Assembly: GCA_049724395.1 (NCBI GenBank)
Contig: JAUGWO010000009.1
Coordinates: 62,001 to 126,000, forward strand
Source of the DNA: Spongospora subterranea f. sp. subterranea
Lineage: Eukaryota
DNA length: 64,000 nt
Direction: 5' to 3'
Shown: positions 22,717-35,646 of the stretch, in pieces
Layout: every line of letters starts with the position of its first letter
How positions within the stretch are numbered: position 1 is the first letter of the stretch
The notes under the pieces: generated by a model
Told to the model about the DNA's origin: nothing
Database searches by the model: none
What the model saw: only the letters and a program-made list of their open reading frames with translations
Position numbers and translations under genes: made by a program

Positions 22717-22894
22717 TTTACGACTTAGGTTTCTCCACAGCGGTGCCTTTCCTTATTACATAAACATTATAGTACGATAAATCACTCAATATCCATGTTC
22801 TATATTGTATACTCGTAGACCCCGGTATGCGTTATGATTCTTGATATACAGGAAGTAAAATTTTCATGTATGCAGCATGATAGGGTGGCGCCTT

Positions 22895-24301
22895 TCATTG
22901 TGATTGCTGCTGTTCTTGATGTTGCCGAATTTGAGCCTGGACGACTTCCAACCCAATTTGGGCCACCCGTTTTCTCGATTTGGCGCTGTATTTCTTCACA
23001 ACCGAGTTACTGGTTTTGTCAGAAGCCAGGAGCGCATACATTTCTTTAACGCATAATCGGATATCAGCATAGACATATCGGGTATGCTGAATTAGATGGT
23101 CTCCCCACGGCTGCCCATCGAAATACGTTGTCAAGTATATGGCTGAAGCCGCTATCACCGAAGGTGGATATACCTGATCGAAATAAGCGACCAAGAGGCG
23201 TCAACCACGGTATAACGAACCAGGAAAGAGTACTCAATGAGAGTGAGTTCCATTAAATAGCTTGCGAAAAAACTGTTTCTCTCATCAAATTCGGCTACCT
23301 GACTTGCGAATGAGAAAGACTAGCTGTCAAATAAAATCATCCTTACCTGAGCAAAGCGCTGTGCAAAGTGGTATGGTGTCGGCACCGTAAACTGAAACTG
23401 TAAAGTAGTGCAGAATTCCGATTCGCACATCAAAACATCATCACGGTTGAACGCCTACATTTTTCAATTTCTTTACAATGCAGAAAATAGTGCAAATATT
23501 ACCTTGTCAGAGACGTAAACAAAATCTTCCACCTCTGGTGCAAGCATCTCTTCGTACTTTGAGGCTACAAACAGGGCTGTGCTTCCAACCAGTTGCAACT
23601 GCGTCCTCTTTAACGGCTTAACTGACACGTATCTAGAAAACTAACCAGTGAGTGATTCAACATCTGTCAGGAGGCAGGAGCCACACCGATCCATGACGTT
23701 AATAGCAAGAAACAGGGTCTCTTGTTTTAGATTAAACATATTATGGACCTGATGATGGGGCCAGCTCTATCAGAGCATTAAATTGAATGGAACGGTATTG
23801 ATGGCTGACCTCAACAAGCCAGTCGACCAAAATGCGACGCATATCGGGCCTAATGTCTGGTTGATTACTCATATAATCAGGTGCCGCCAGATGAACCGTC
23901 TCGATCTGGAAATAATGGTCGTATATATCTGCGGCGTATTCGGAAACCCATTGTGGATCGTCAATATTAGTTATGTCTCTATAATACAAATCCTTACAGG
24001 TCAGGGGCAGCACCCCTCGTTATGAATTATGCACTTACATGTCATCCAGCTCCAGATCAATATCGTCCAGATCCATTGACACAGGCACTGCCTCATCGTT
24101 TGGAATAACAGTTTGCTCGGCTGGTTCCACACGGGGCTGTTTTTTGCCCAGCTCTTTAGAATCCACCTTCTGTGTTTTGCCAATCACATTGTTGCTGATG
24201 TCTCCAAGAGGGGCTCGCTTGGATTGTTGCATGATGGATCCAGACTGTTTATGAGCAAGATTGGCGGGAATGTTTTCATCGCTGTTCGCGACCTGTGCCA
24301 T
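22895..24301 (-). CDS. CYCB: Mitotic B-type cyclin, multi-exon
   Basis: D-box [66 protein letters not shown] and [10 protein letters not shown]. Confidence 0.92.
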
Positions 24302-25637
24302 ATCAGACGCTGTGGTTAGTTGCCTGCGACACACCAGGCGCCAATAGGAGGCGCGTGTGAGTCTAAGGTGGATCTGAGTATTGAGTGTGGTCCTGGCCCC
24401 TTGGTGGAGGTCAGAAGGGGGACCCCCTGAGACCGAGCGCAGCCCAGGCAACAGCCAATGGATGAGGCGCAGGAGAAAGGGCAGGTTTGGTGGGGGTCCC
24501 ACTGCCACAGTCAATACCCCAAATACGAAACCGATTTTTACACGTAAAATAACCAAACAAAACCAGTAATTGCTCAGATTAATATCATTAAAAAAACAAG
24601 TCGCAAACTGGCGATAATGTTGAGGGACTGACCATCCTGTAGGTCGAGTTCTCCATATCGTAGATTTAATTGTGACCTTTCTCAGGCAACGCTCTGTCTT
24701 TAGCTGACCCAATGCCAGAGCCCGTCTTGGTTAAACAGATCGGGGGGGCGTTAGCTAACTGGGACCGAGCCGTTCCGCCACTGATATGTGGGATATATTT
24801 GGGCTTGTAAGGGTTTGACCGGTCAGTACTAATTCCTGGACAGTGAACTGCGCTAATGGTCTGTTAACGTTAAAGGGTGGGAGCCAGTTGGAGTTACCCT
24901 TACCTCCTGGATCCCCTCTATAGCCTGCCTCTGCCCCTATCCTGGCCCGGCTACCCCTTACCTGGATATATGTCTTTGGGCACGCTACAATACCACGTCA
25001 CGCACACTTTTTCCTCACCCAGGCAATATTTTGAATATGCCAATAAAGCGCGCCTGAAATTTATCACTTGTCCTGTGATTCCCGGACCACGGAATCAACC
25101 CGCGCGAATGATGAGTGAACCCGGCACAGGCAGGACATGGTCTCATGTGGTCACAGGGTAGAAATTGAATCCCCGCTCACCCACAAGATATGAGTCAGAG
25201 AGGTAGACAACCGAATCGCCCGTTACCGGTAGTACCTTACAGGTTTAAAAAGCTGGAAGGTTGAGCTGCTGCTCATCGGATTTCCAGAGGGAATTTGACA
25301 CAGGATCAGTCCGGTTGCGCCATTTTTTACTTTTTGTATTTTGCGATAATATGCCATAATCTGGTTATTGATCAGTTTAATCTTAGTCACGGTCAGTTTT
25401 GCATGTGTAACTGCCGTTTCATCGCCTCGCGAAACGAATTCGGATCGCCGGCTCGCTCCATGCGTCCGTCGAATCGACCGGAACCAACTCTAACATCTCG
25501 CGGTACAGCCGTATCGTCTACGCTAATTGACATATCGCCACGTATAATTGCATGTCTGACGCGAGAGGGACTTCTTCTACCACATGATTGTCATCGGTAG
25601 TTCGTTCAGCTCATTTTATTTCCCCGCCTCGTCGCAG

Positions 25638-25929
25638 TCATTCTCCCCACCGTTTTAAACACTCTCCTCTCTCAACTGCGATAGCCAGTCTTGTTGTGTC
25701 ACTTCGCTGGAACGCATAGCTCGGACAAAGGATTATTATAAAACCTATCCAATAAAGGGTGGCCCATGTCCAACCAGATTCAAAATTCCAATCATTGAAA
25801 ACATCTGTGGCCTTCATCAACACTAAACAGAATAACATTTTTCAGCGAAAATATCAGATATTACCTATATGATTTTGTTATACGCTCCAAGGAGTATGTA
25901 TTCTCTGAACTCGATTCCATAACGGACAT
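25638..25929 (-). CDS. Small hypothetical membrane protein, two exons
   Basis: MSVMESSSENTYSLERITKSYI, then a GTAAT..TTAG intron, then VLMKATDVFNDWNFESGWTWATLYWIGFIIILCPSYAF. Confidence 0.3.
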
Positions 25930-26361
25930 TGCTTGGCTTTGCTGAAATATGATTATCGCAATGCTAAATAACGGATATTGCCTGGGCAATTGGGTATGCT
26001 GCCAAAACCGTTTAACATTGTTGTTGGAACTACTATGCTTCCGGTTCTCTTCATAATAATCAAGAGCGTTATGATTGCAAACGTTTTCGATACCGCGAGA
26101 AAATTTTCATCTGGTTTGCGATAAGAAGATGTCTTTACTTAAAAAAAAGTTAGACATTGTGAATCCCGGCACATTGTGAATCCCGGCTGCGATTCCAGTT
26201 TCGCTGTCAAACAATCCACGCCGCTATTGAAATCGTAAACTCGACCAGAGGAAGAAGTTCACTTAGATTCCCATGAGCGGGGGATTCCCAAGTAACACTG
26301 ATACACATACTGGGCAGTCTCGCCGATCCACTCTGCCCCGTTATTCTGCAATGAGAACATA

Positions 26362-26404
26362 ACTAGTAACGTTATTGTTCTGAACAATACATAACGTTAC
26401 TAGT
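26362..26404. promoter_or_regulatory. Perfect 14-bp inverted repeat ~45 bp upstream of the CutC ATG
   Basis: ACTAGTAACGTTAT (26362-26375) and ATAACGTTACTAGT (26391-26404), with an inner ATTGTTC-T-GAACAAT palindrome. The repeat itself is certain; its function is not. Confidence 0.55.
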
Positions 26405-26449
26405 CAGTACTCCCCAGCATGACCTCTATTCAGTCCGTCATTATTGTTA

Positions 26450-27278
26450 ATGACGATTGGTGTCGAGGTTGAGATATGTTGTGATTCGGCTGAATCATGC
26501 CACGAGGCAGTTTTGGGCGGGGCTGATCGTATAGAGCTGTGCAGCGCCTTGGACCTCGGCGGTTTAACGCCGCCCTACTCTCTGATCAAATGGGCGATCG
26601 CTTCGTTGCCCATACCTGTCCACGTCTTGATCAGACCTAGACCTAAGCATTTCCATTATTCACCGCAAGGTTAATGTTCAGTACCATTAGTTGGCAATGT
26701 CTGGCCCCTCATCAACACGATATGTATATATATATATAGAAACTGAGTTAATGCTTGAGGATATTCGCGTTATAAAGAGTTTTGGAGGACCCGGCGTCGT
26801 CGTAGGTGCATTGACATCAGAAGGTTATATTGATTATGATCGCGTTCAATTGCTTGTTGACGAAGCAAAGCCGATGGAAGTCACATTTCACCGTGCGTTT
26901 GATGTCAGCTTTGGTGATCATCGCGATATCATGCATAAGCTTTATAACATCGGTATCACTCGCTTATTAACTTCGGGTCGCTGTCGTTCTGCTGTTGAAG
27001 GCGTGACATTATTAGCTGATCTAATCTCATCATCACCGGCGAATTTTACAGTAATGCCCGGTTGCGGAATTACGCCCCATAACTGTCTTCATCTGCTGGA
27101 TCGTACTGGTGCTTTAGCAATACATGCATCAGCGTCTGCCGATATAACAGATGACATACATTACGCCAACAATGGCGTATATATGGGCAAGGAAACTGGG
27201 CGCGAAGACATGCGACGCGTCACTTCAGCCGACATCGTGTCGCAATTGAAATCGCTATGTAATCGCCCCAGGATTTAG
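26450..27278 (+). CDS. cutC: Copper homeostasis protein CutC
   Basis: VEICCDS..A..GGADRIELCSAL..GGLTP, VHVLIRPR, intron 26670-26739, GVVVGALT, VTFHRAFD, RLLTSG, VMPGCGI and HASA. Confidence 0.95.
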
Positions 27279-27499
27279 GAATTCCGTTGACAGTCAAGTT
27301 TTAACAGCAAAACGTGTCGTGTATTGGTGCGACGTCAACTCAGTTTAATCAATACAACGAGTACCAAAAAAATTGATGCCGAGATTGATCTCCGGTCAAT
27401 CATCAAGGGCCGGATCAAGATGGATCCTTGGCCATTGTTATTGATTCATTATACCGCCCTCCGTTTCTCTATTGTATTTTATTGTTCAGGTCTGTAATA

Positions 27500-28113
27500 A
27501 TGTCCAGCTCCACTGTGCTCCAGCCGCATAAGGCGCGTCGTTATGGCGTTTTGATCGTGTTCTTCGGCATTATCACAGCATCTCACATCTTCGACGCTTT
27601 CTTCTGGCATGCCAACTTTAACGATGCAGAGAAGCCGATTGCAGTTGGGGATTCCCAAGAACTGGCATCTTTGTGGCCCACGATCGCTTTATTCTCAATC
27701 CTCTCCTGTGTGCTGCTATCGGTCCTATCCTGTATCGCTTGCGCCGTCACCCTGTATTTTGCGACCAGCTGCTGGGCGCTGATCGGGGTTCGTTATCCAG
27801 TCGCTACACTCATCAGCGTGCGCTGTTCATGTACTGCTTTCACATTTGCCATCCATGGGTCTATCTCTGACGTGTTTGTGCCCAGGCCATTTCGTTAGTT
27901 GCCATGCTATTCCAAGAGCGATTTCGCAAATACGTGTACCTGAAGGAGACAATGTTCCAGATAATGGTCATCCTCGCTAATTTGTTCATGTGCGTTCAGT
28001 TGTGGCAGTTCAAAAAGCGCTATTCCAAGAACAACGCTGGCATTAATCAATCCGCTAATTTCAAGCAAATAATCGTCAACAAGCGCTCAACGGCACACAT
28101 GACCCACATATAG
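27500..28113 (+). CDS. Hypothetical multi-pass membrane protein
   Basis: ATG 27500 and about four hydrophobic segments. A likely intron at 27788-27885 joins CWALIG to AISLVAMLFQE. Confidence 0.55.
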
Positions 28114-28261
28114 ATAGCGATAGGCGGCCAATCAACTGCACACCCTCAACGGGTCAATAAATCCATCAGTGATTGCGTCTACATTGCGTTTCTGTTCGCT
28201 ATATCAGTGATGATTTCTGCCGGCCGGATTGATCATCGCATCACAGAATCAGCTGCCCTGG

Positions 28262-29116
28262 CTATTGGGCCCAGGCGGTGCGCCAAGCTGAACGAACGTG
28301 ATCGGCCTGGTTTTCGAATTTGCTCAAAAGGCTCATCTTTGAGGTGGATTTTTTTGCCAGGACGTTCAATGCTTGTTCGACAGCAATAGTGCAAGCGTTG
28401 AAAAAAAAATCAGTACTAGCACGTTTATGCAGCGCAAACGCCGACAAAAGCGAGATTAGGTCAGCTGGCAATTCTGAAAAGCTCAAAACGTAGCAGCGAT
28501 TCACGTTGAGGCGCTGGCTGATGAAAAGATTACGGAGCCTTTGTAAAAAACCGTTCTAATCCATTAGACTTGGCCCAAACTGCCTTGGGATTCGAAGGAA
28601 ATCAACCGAGGGGAAATGTTCGGTGGAGTTAGGAAAGTGGTACAACCGAACCTGACAGCGATGGTCCATAGATTCGACAACCCCATGTTTGAAACGGTGA
28701 ACGACATTGAGAAAGACTCGACCTGAGGCAAGAAACTCCAATATCAGGTTCGACCAACATCACTCGATTGCCAAGAGAGTCAGAGTGACGACTCAGTGGC
28801 CTCCGACAGATGGAAACGACTCGAGAGCGAAAAATTTCTGCCGAGCCCAATCATGAACTGGTTCACACATGCTGTCGGCGAATCAGGTTGACACCCGCAT
28901 ACTGTGTATTGCTTAGATATGTTGCCGGTTGAAATACATCGTGGATGGAGTTGGGGAAATGCCTGCACATGGGGTTCCTGAACAATGGCCACGCATTGGC
29001 CAGTTTTCGTCGAGAAGGCGATCAAGGGTACCTGGACCTTGAAATATTCCTGACTTTTCAATGGAGTTGAGGCCGTTGTACTCAAGGCGTGTGAGGATTA
29101 GAACACGTCTCGACAT
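28262..29116 (-). CDS. Hypothetical spliced protein
   Basis: Chain of short protein-like minus-strand ORFs from ATG 29116 to stop 28262. No family recognised. Confidence 0.35.
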
Positions 29117-29390
29117 CCACAGAAATGGTACAAATATCTGTCGTATTTGTACTCCATGCTGCTGGGCACATTACCAATTGAAAGACCAGCCGACCGACCT
29201 AGCCAAACGAGGGCGTCACCACCTGTCGAACGGAGCTGATACCGATCCGATTCCGACGGTTGGCGCTAAGGATCAGCGAATGGAGCCACTGTGTAATTTC
29301 AATAATATAAACAAACCTGAAAACTTCCAGTAAAGGTCAACCTTTGTTTCTCATAAATCGCTAGTGAATGTATTAATGGCGTTGGGTGAA

Positions 29391-31472
29391 TTAGAAGCAG
29401 ATGGGCAAACATGAACTGCCATCGTCGTGGCCGCTGATCTCGTGATCATCGTCGTGCGCGCGGGCCAAGCGGATCGACGACCGCGCCTCGATGTCGGACT
29501 CCTTGATGCTGGCCTGGATCAGGGCGGCGATCGAGGTGAACACCGCCTGCGACAGGATCCCCCACCTCAGACAGCCCATGATCTCGTTGGCCATCATGAA
29601 CACCAGCAGCCCGATCGGGGCCAGTATGACCTGGCAGAAACTGTTCAGGCCGAACAGCTCGCATTCGCGGCCGACCGGGACCATGGACGCGAATACGGCG
29701 CGGCTGAGGGCGAGGCAGCCGCCGGTCGCCGTTCCCATGATGGGGACGGTGAGAAACAGCCATGGACGGTCGGACTTGCCCAACAACAGGAAGAACATGA
29801 GGAGGATGTTGACGACCCAGAGGGCGTAGGAGAGGGAGAGGGCGCGGCTGTAGCCGATCTGCGAACCCAATCGCAGAAACAGGAACGCGCCGAAAATGCT
29901 GAAGGCGATATTGCCTAGCATCGCCAGACAGATGTGCATCGACGACAGACCCAGCTGCTCGGTGACGAACGTGGCGCCCATGGCCATGACCGACCCGACA
30001 CCGGCGCAATAGAACGCGGTCGCGATCAGGTTCCGGCTGAGAACAGAGTCGTGGCAGGTACGGCGAATGGTTCGGCCAAGACCGATGAACGACCTGAGAA
30101 CAAACCGGTGGTTGTCGCCGTCTTTGGGGATTCGTTGCCCAAGACGATTGAGGCCGATGTACGACCACACCAGGCACCATATTCCTAGCGATAAACACAA
30201 TACGGGGACGACGAAATCGGGGGTGTTCAGGGCGTCGACCCGTTTGATCTTGACGGCGCCAGGGGTGGAAACCTCAATCACGTAGAGCACGTAATGAAGG
30301 GCGGCAGGGAGGTTGCCGGTAAGGCGCAGGAGCTGATCCTCTCCATCGCTGCGTATTGAGACGGGTTCGCCGGCGGCAACGCGGACACCCTTCAATCCGT
30401 TGTCGTCATAGGCGTAGACGAGGATGCGAACCTTGGACGAGACCGCGCGGGAATGGGCAACGATGTTGATGGTGAACTCCTTGTTGGACAACGCCACGTG
30501 CGACGCTTTCTCCTGCAAAACCAGGTACGACAGTTCCCCATCCCGACCGGACACAACCGCCGATCGTTTCTTGAGGAACTGGGCCGTTTTGAACGAGTGG
30601 ATTTCGCAGGGATAGGTCCCATCGCTCCCGCACTGGCTCCATTGCTGGAGAATATCGGTCCGGGATTTCGCCAGATGCGCTTCGGCTTCCTCCAGCGTCG
30701 TGAACGATCGGCTGCGGAAGTGCTGAGCGCTGACCTCGCTGTCAATCTGACCGCCCATAACCGATAGCTGCTCCGCACCCAGCAGATACGTCGTCGCCGA
30801 CGCCACCGTCAACAGGACGATCTGCGCCAGGAGCCCATAACGAACCGCGCGTTCCGATATGGCGCTACGCTTGTCAGGGGAGTTGCCCAGTTCGGGCAGG
30901 TACGAGTTGGCCAGGAAGTCGGACGATTGACTGGCACAGAATATGATGAACAGCAGCAGACCGCCCAGCATCCATAGATCACGAACAACAACGATCACTG
31001 AACACATTTGGACAACAATCGTTCAACATTTGCGGCGATGAAAACCCGACCAGAGGTCGCTGGGCACTTTACCTGCACAGAAACTGAATCCCACAGAATA
31101 CGTCATCACTTTCAGCAATGAACGGCGATGTGGACTGAAATCGGCCAACGCCCCGACGATCGGGCTACATATCGCCGACACGAGCGAGGCCATGATTAAG
31201 ACCACCGTCGAGAACGAGGTAGGGAGAATACCAATATAGGCCATACGCCCCCGGGAATCGACCGCGTATTTGGCCAGTACGGTCAGGTATGGGATCAGGA
31301 AGGCCAACATGAATAGCGAGCATGGGGTCTTGGCGATACTGTAGAACACGTATCCGGATCGTTCATGACGCCGCGACGACGGGGGTGACGAGGGGTCGGA
31401 TCGTATCTCGACCCGATCGGGGTTCGGCTCCAGATCGGGGAACTCCACGACACCGGTGGAAGGGTTCGCCAT
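29391..31472 (-). CDS. Atg22/UMF1-family MFS transporter with a large inserted soluble domain
   Basis: SPIVGALAD..RR, F.NSYLPEL, IS..A..YG and LSRAVFASMVPVGRECELFGL are UMF1/Atg22 motifs. About 12 TM segments; one intron at ~30999-31072. Confidence 0.8.
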
Positions 31473-31747
31473 CGGAACAATAATCCAGCTGCAGCCGGTT
31501 TAAATATTGGGGATTAGGTTAGGAAATGGGCCTGTCCCACGTCACCGATCACTTCCTACCAGCGGAAGTTCGCCAGAGATCAATTGATGGAATCAGTCCG
31601 TTTTCTAGGGTTGACAGAACCGCGCCCAGATGATGATGCCCGTTGATATTTCCAAAATTTCGTGCACCCTGATTGGGGTGAAATTCCTATTATGTTCATG
31701 CAGTTGATAGGCAGTGAATATTGGGTTGATCGTGTATTTTTTGTGGA

Positions 31748-32992
31748 TCAATTGCTAGGTGGGCTTAGGGCCTTATCGATCTTGAGGACGATTTCCAGGT
31801 CGAACTCGACCTGGAGGGTTTCGCCTTGGTCGATCTGCGTCAGGGTGTAAGTGCCCGACCATTTCCCGTCGGTGTCGCTGCCTTCGCACGAGAACTGGTA
31901 CCGCTCGCTCTGACGAACGCGCCCGTCGGACGGGTTGGGGCCTTTATGCAGGTCGGCCCAGCCGTGCAGGTCCACCGACCCGTTGTCCCATGGGCCCACA
32001 CAGCTGATCCTCACTTCGCTGATCGACGTCATCTGCCCGATGGCGCCATGGTGAAATACGCGCGACTCTGGCGATACGCCGGTCAACTGCCAATCTGGAG
32101 ATATCGACGAGCGAATCTCGTTGACCTTATTGCGATCCGAAGCCTGAACGTCGCGAAGGCGTATCCGCAATTCCTCGATGGAGTACGTCGTCCACGAAAT
32201 ATCGGTCTGATCCGGGGATTTGCGTTTGACGGCTTGGTCGTATAGTACAGAGTAGTCGGGCAGTTCCGGGCGCTGTAGCGCCGCCTGGTGGAAGTCGTCC
32301 AACGATTGCTGCTGAGCCAGGATCTTGTCGCCAATCAGACGCGTATCCTGCCAGCGTCCCAAGAGCGGGGCGGATGTGAACAGGACCAAAGTCTCCTCGT
32401 TAGAGATGGAGGATGACGCCAGGCGCTTCATGAGTCGCTCGTAGACGGGAACCATCAGCGACGCAGATCGAAGGCGCTGCGACACATCCAGTTGGAGGAT
32501 ATCGGCGGCGCTCCGCTCCTCGGCAGAGAGACCGGTCTGAGATATGTCCAGCAACGCCCAAGCCATGGTCATGGCGCGCTGATGGGCGGACAGATCAACG
32601 GGGGCTTCGGCCGAGACCGAGATCAGGGTTTGGTACAGGATCATCCATTGAGCGGCCATCAGCCGGCACCGGACTGAAAAATCACCAGGGGATCCACTGG
32701 CGGCTTCAACCACCTTGGCGAGCTGCTCTTCTTTCGCGGACGACACCGACCCGGTCGACTGCATTCGCTCCATTGACGACAGCAATTGCCCGATGAAATC
32801 AGATTCGCTAGGGATAGCAACGGCCTCACTCACAGCAGCGTTGGCCGGGCGATCCTTTCGCCGCGCCTTAGATTTGGCCTTGGCCTTGGCTGGGTTCGAC
32901 GTCCTCCGCCCGTATTGCCAGTAAATTGTGGCGGCGCCGGCAACGGCCATGCATGTTATACCGCTGATGAGGACGGCCTTAGTGGAGACCAT
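31748..32992 (-). CDS. Hypothetical 414-aa protein with an N-terminal signal-anchor; intronless
   Basis: Single TM (AVLISGITCMAVAGAATIYW) followed by a basic stretch, a helical middle and a beta-rich C-terminus. Confidence 0.8.
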   Translation of the reverse strand: MVSTKAVLISGITCMAVAGAATIYWQYGRRTSNPAKAKAKSKARRKDRPANAAVSEAVAIPSESDFIGQLLSSMERMQSTGSVSSAKEEQLAKVVEAASGSPGDFSVRCRLMAAQWMILYQTLISVSAEAPVDLSAHQRAMTMAWALLDISQTGLSAEERSAADILQLDVSQRLRSASLMVPVYERLMKRLASSSISNEETLVLFTSAPLLGRWQDTRLIGDKILAQQQSLDDFHQAALQRPELPDYSVLYDQAVKRKSPDQTDISWTTYSIEELRIRLRDVQASDRNKVNEIRSSISPDWQLTGVSPESRVFHHGAIGQMTSISEVRISCVGPWDNGSVDLHGWADLHKGPNPSDGRVRQSERYQFSCEGSDTDGKWSGTYTLTQIDQGETLQVEFDLEIVLKIDKALSPPSN

Positions 32993-33384
32993 TGTCGTAA
33001 TCGGCGATCTCGGTCAAAACTGAGCAGATTATAAGAAGCGCAGCAGTTGGCCAAGAGGCTTCACTGAGAATGTTTCAGGTAATACATACACACCGTCCGG
33101 CCCGGCCCAACTGTATGGCGCTCCGCACTAACTCCGTCGCGCACATTTCATGGACATGTGCAATGTACACTCGTATGCGACTGTGACGAAACATAATTTA
33201 CCACGGACATGTGGTGAATGGGTTAATTCAGAGTTTTCAGGTACAAAAAAAGCATTTGAGGAAAATGGGACTCATCAAAGGCGTTTCGATAACAACAGTT
33301 TTCTCATCGCAACTTCGATAAGAGTTGACTGATTAAGTGATGTTGTTCTTTGATTTATATGGTGGTTTCTCAGGACGAATTACA

Positions 33385-34006
33385 TTAAACAATGGAACGG
33401 GTATTCATGTTAATTTTTTGCGTTGTTCTCCGAATACCATCTGAGTCGCAAATGAGCGATTGCAGATCATTTATCATCTCCAGAATCCGTACCTCAAAGC
33501 TTTTCAGCTGACTCCTCAAGGTTTTTTTTTCCTGCTGAAGTCTTAGAACCTCGTTTTTGGTGATATCGGCATGTTTTTCCATTGCCGAACATCTTTCTTG
33601 AAGGCGTTTTACCTCACTCTGTGTGGACAACAACTGTTTGGCAACATCTGAGCCAAGCTGGCTCCTATGACAAAAGATGTTAACGTCGTTTTGGAAATTG
33701 CAACAGGTCGAGGTGGCGAGCAAACCTTCTTGAATTGGCTTCTTGTTTCATTCTCCTGATTTGCGTCGCCAACTCGTTCTTATCGTCCAGTAGCGCCATA
33801 TACGCTGCTTTCGACTGATTGTTGTTGCGTTCGAGCGATGCTAATTGGATACGACTTTGATGTAATTCAGATAACAGCCCTTGAAAGTTGTAGAGAACAC
33901 TGAAGACGACTGAGAGCTGATATAAGAACACGGAAAATCACAGGTGAGAAAGTACAGTACTACCTGCCACAGCAAAATTCTCAAATGGGTCGTTCGAGGA
34001 AAACAT
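33385..34006 (-). CDS. Small coiled-coil protein, multi-exon; ends approximate
   Basis: MFSSNDPFENFAVA followed by a GTAAG donor, then heptad-rich exons at 33680-33931 and 33385-33723. Confidence 0.5.
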
Positions 34007-35646
34007 TGATCTGAAAAGCGAGACGGAGGCGATGAGAATTAGAATGAGGCCTGGTTCAACTACAGATTCGTCAAAGACAGTAGAGACACAGCGAATCGAT
34101 AGCATCACCATATCTCGATATCTGGACCCTGAGCGCCTGATTGATTATTCGTAGCTGCGGCAGCGTGATCAGCGTGGCCGCGATCAGGAGAACATTGGAC
34201 GTATCGAATAATTTCGCGATCATCATTTGGAAACACAAAAATATTCAGAAACAGATAATTTGCTGTTTTGTTTTCAGATCATGAACAGGGGATGATGGTA
34301 GCCGATATGGGAAGTGGCCAGCATTTATCCTGGCAGGCCAACTGGGGTCAAGACTGAAGTGACCGTTGGCGCGGGAAGGGCCCACGGTCCTTCGGTTCAA
34401 CGGTCCACGAATGCGCTACATAACGCTGTGATGAACATATATAAATACGCTTTAATGAACATAACACCAATACTGTGTACGCAGTGGCTTCTGGCAAAGG
34501 GAGCGAGTCAGGATTCAGAAAATGTGCCCAGACTCCAGCCGTTATGTACCAGCTGAGGCGACAACTTCAAAGTTCAAAACAAAATGAAATTGTTTCTCGT
34601 TTTTTTTCGAAGCCGTGGGGGTTTGAGGCGAGCATTGCTTGAGACGTGACCCTTGACCTTGCTGTTGCTGATCGGAAAATATGATGACTCTGAAATTACT
34701 CGAGTGTCAAGATCATGATGTCTTGATCCTTAAAATTGTCGTTGAATTTTCTAGGACCTTTTTTACAAAATTTTTTTAAAATTTCACAACCTATTTCTGG
34801 ATTCCAAATCACTCGTCCAATATGCCCAGAAGGTTTCTCCGAATAATGTCTTCGCCATCAAAGGACGGTCAATACAAATGATGTACCGGCGACTCTTGAT
34901 GCCAACGCCAAACCACCGATGAAGCTAGTTCCCACACACCAACAATACAACCCGGGTGATCAGATTGATGATCACATGATCACATCGCATATTGTCTGAA
35001 CCAATATCTGCTCCTCTAGAAACTCTCGATTTGCCGATTATCGTCCAGAACCAGTCCAGACCATGTCTCGCTCGTGATCACCTTCTGATGGGCGATCAGG
35101 GTTGTCACAAATCCCCCTGATAGGGTTCGTGCCAATACTCACATTGGGTTTGTCCACTCGTGGATTCGGCTTTTATCCCCAACGGTTTCTTTGCCCGTAT
35201 CAGATGGCCATGCAGGAATTCGGAAAGCGTCAATGATTAAGTGTACTGTACCAACCATATAATGAACTTGTTCAAACCAATCAAAATAGCAAGTGATTTA
35301 CAGATATTATTGCATGCATTGTGATTAAATCAAAACTGTAGTGCATTTGATTCTTTCGATCAAAACGTAGTCTTTGCTTATGAACTATGTATTCTAAAAT
35401 GAAGCTTTAACAACAGCTTTTCAATGAAAGCTAGCTAGCAATGGACCGCTCTTAGTCGCGAAAGTATTTTCAAATTGTCTGCCTTTTGGCGGGATTCTTT
35501 TCGCCCTTTCGGCATCTAGCTCAAATCAATTGCCCATATCCATGAAATCGAGTTTGACCGGCTTTGCCATATCTGGCGTTGGCATAACTACAGTACGGAC
35601 CTACATACATCTCGTCAATTGTCGAAGGCTAACCAAATTAGAGATT

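Noticed and set aside
24302..24712. N-terminal extension of cyclin B in the 225-aa ORF
   Set aside because: It starts at a non-ATG codon and runs through promoter-like sequence with CCAAT motifs; ATG 24301 fits better.
24950..24970. U1 snRNA 5' end (TTACCTGG)
   Set aside because: It lacks the ATAC lead-in, and I could see no U1 stem-loops or Sm site.
29427..30778. Many alternative-frame and antisense ORFs within the MFS gene
   Set aside because: These are expected shadows of GC-rich coding sequence.
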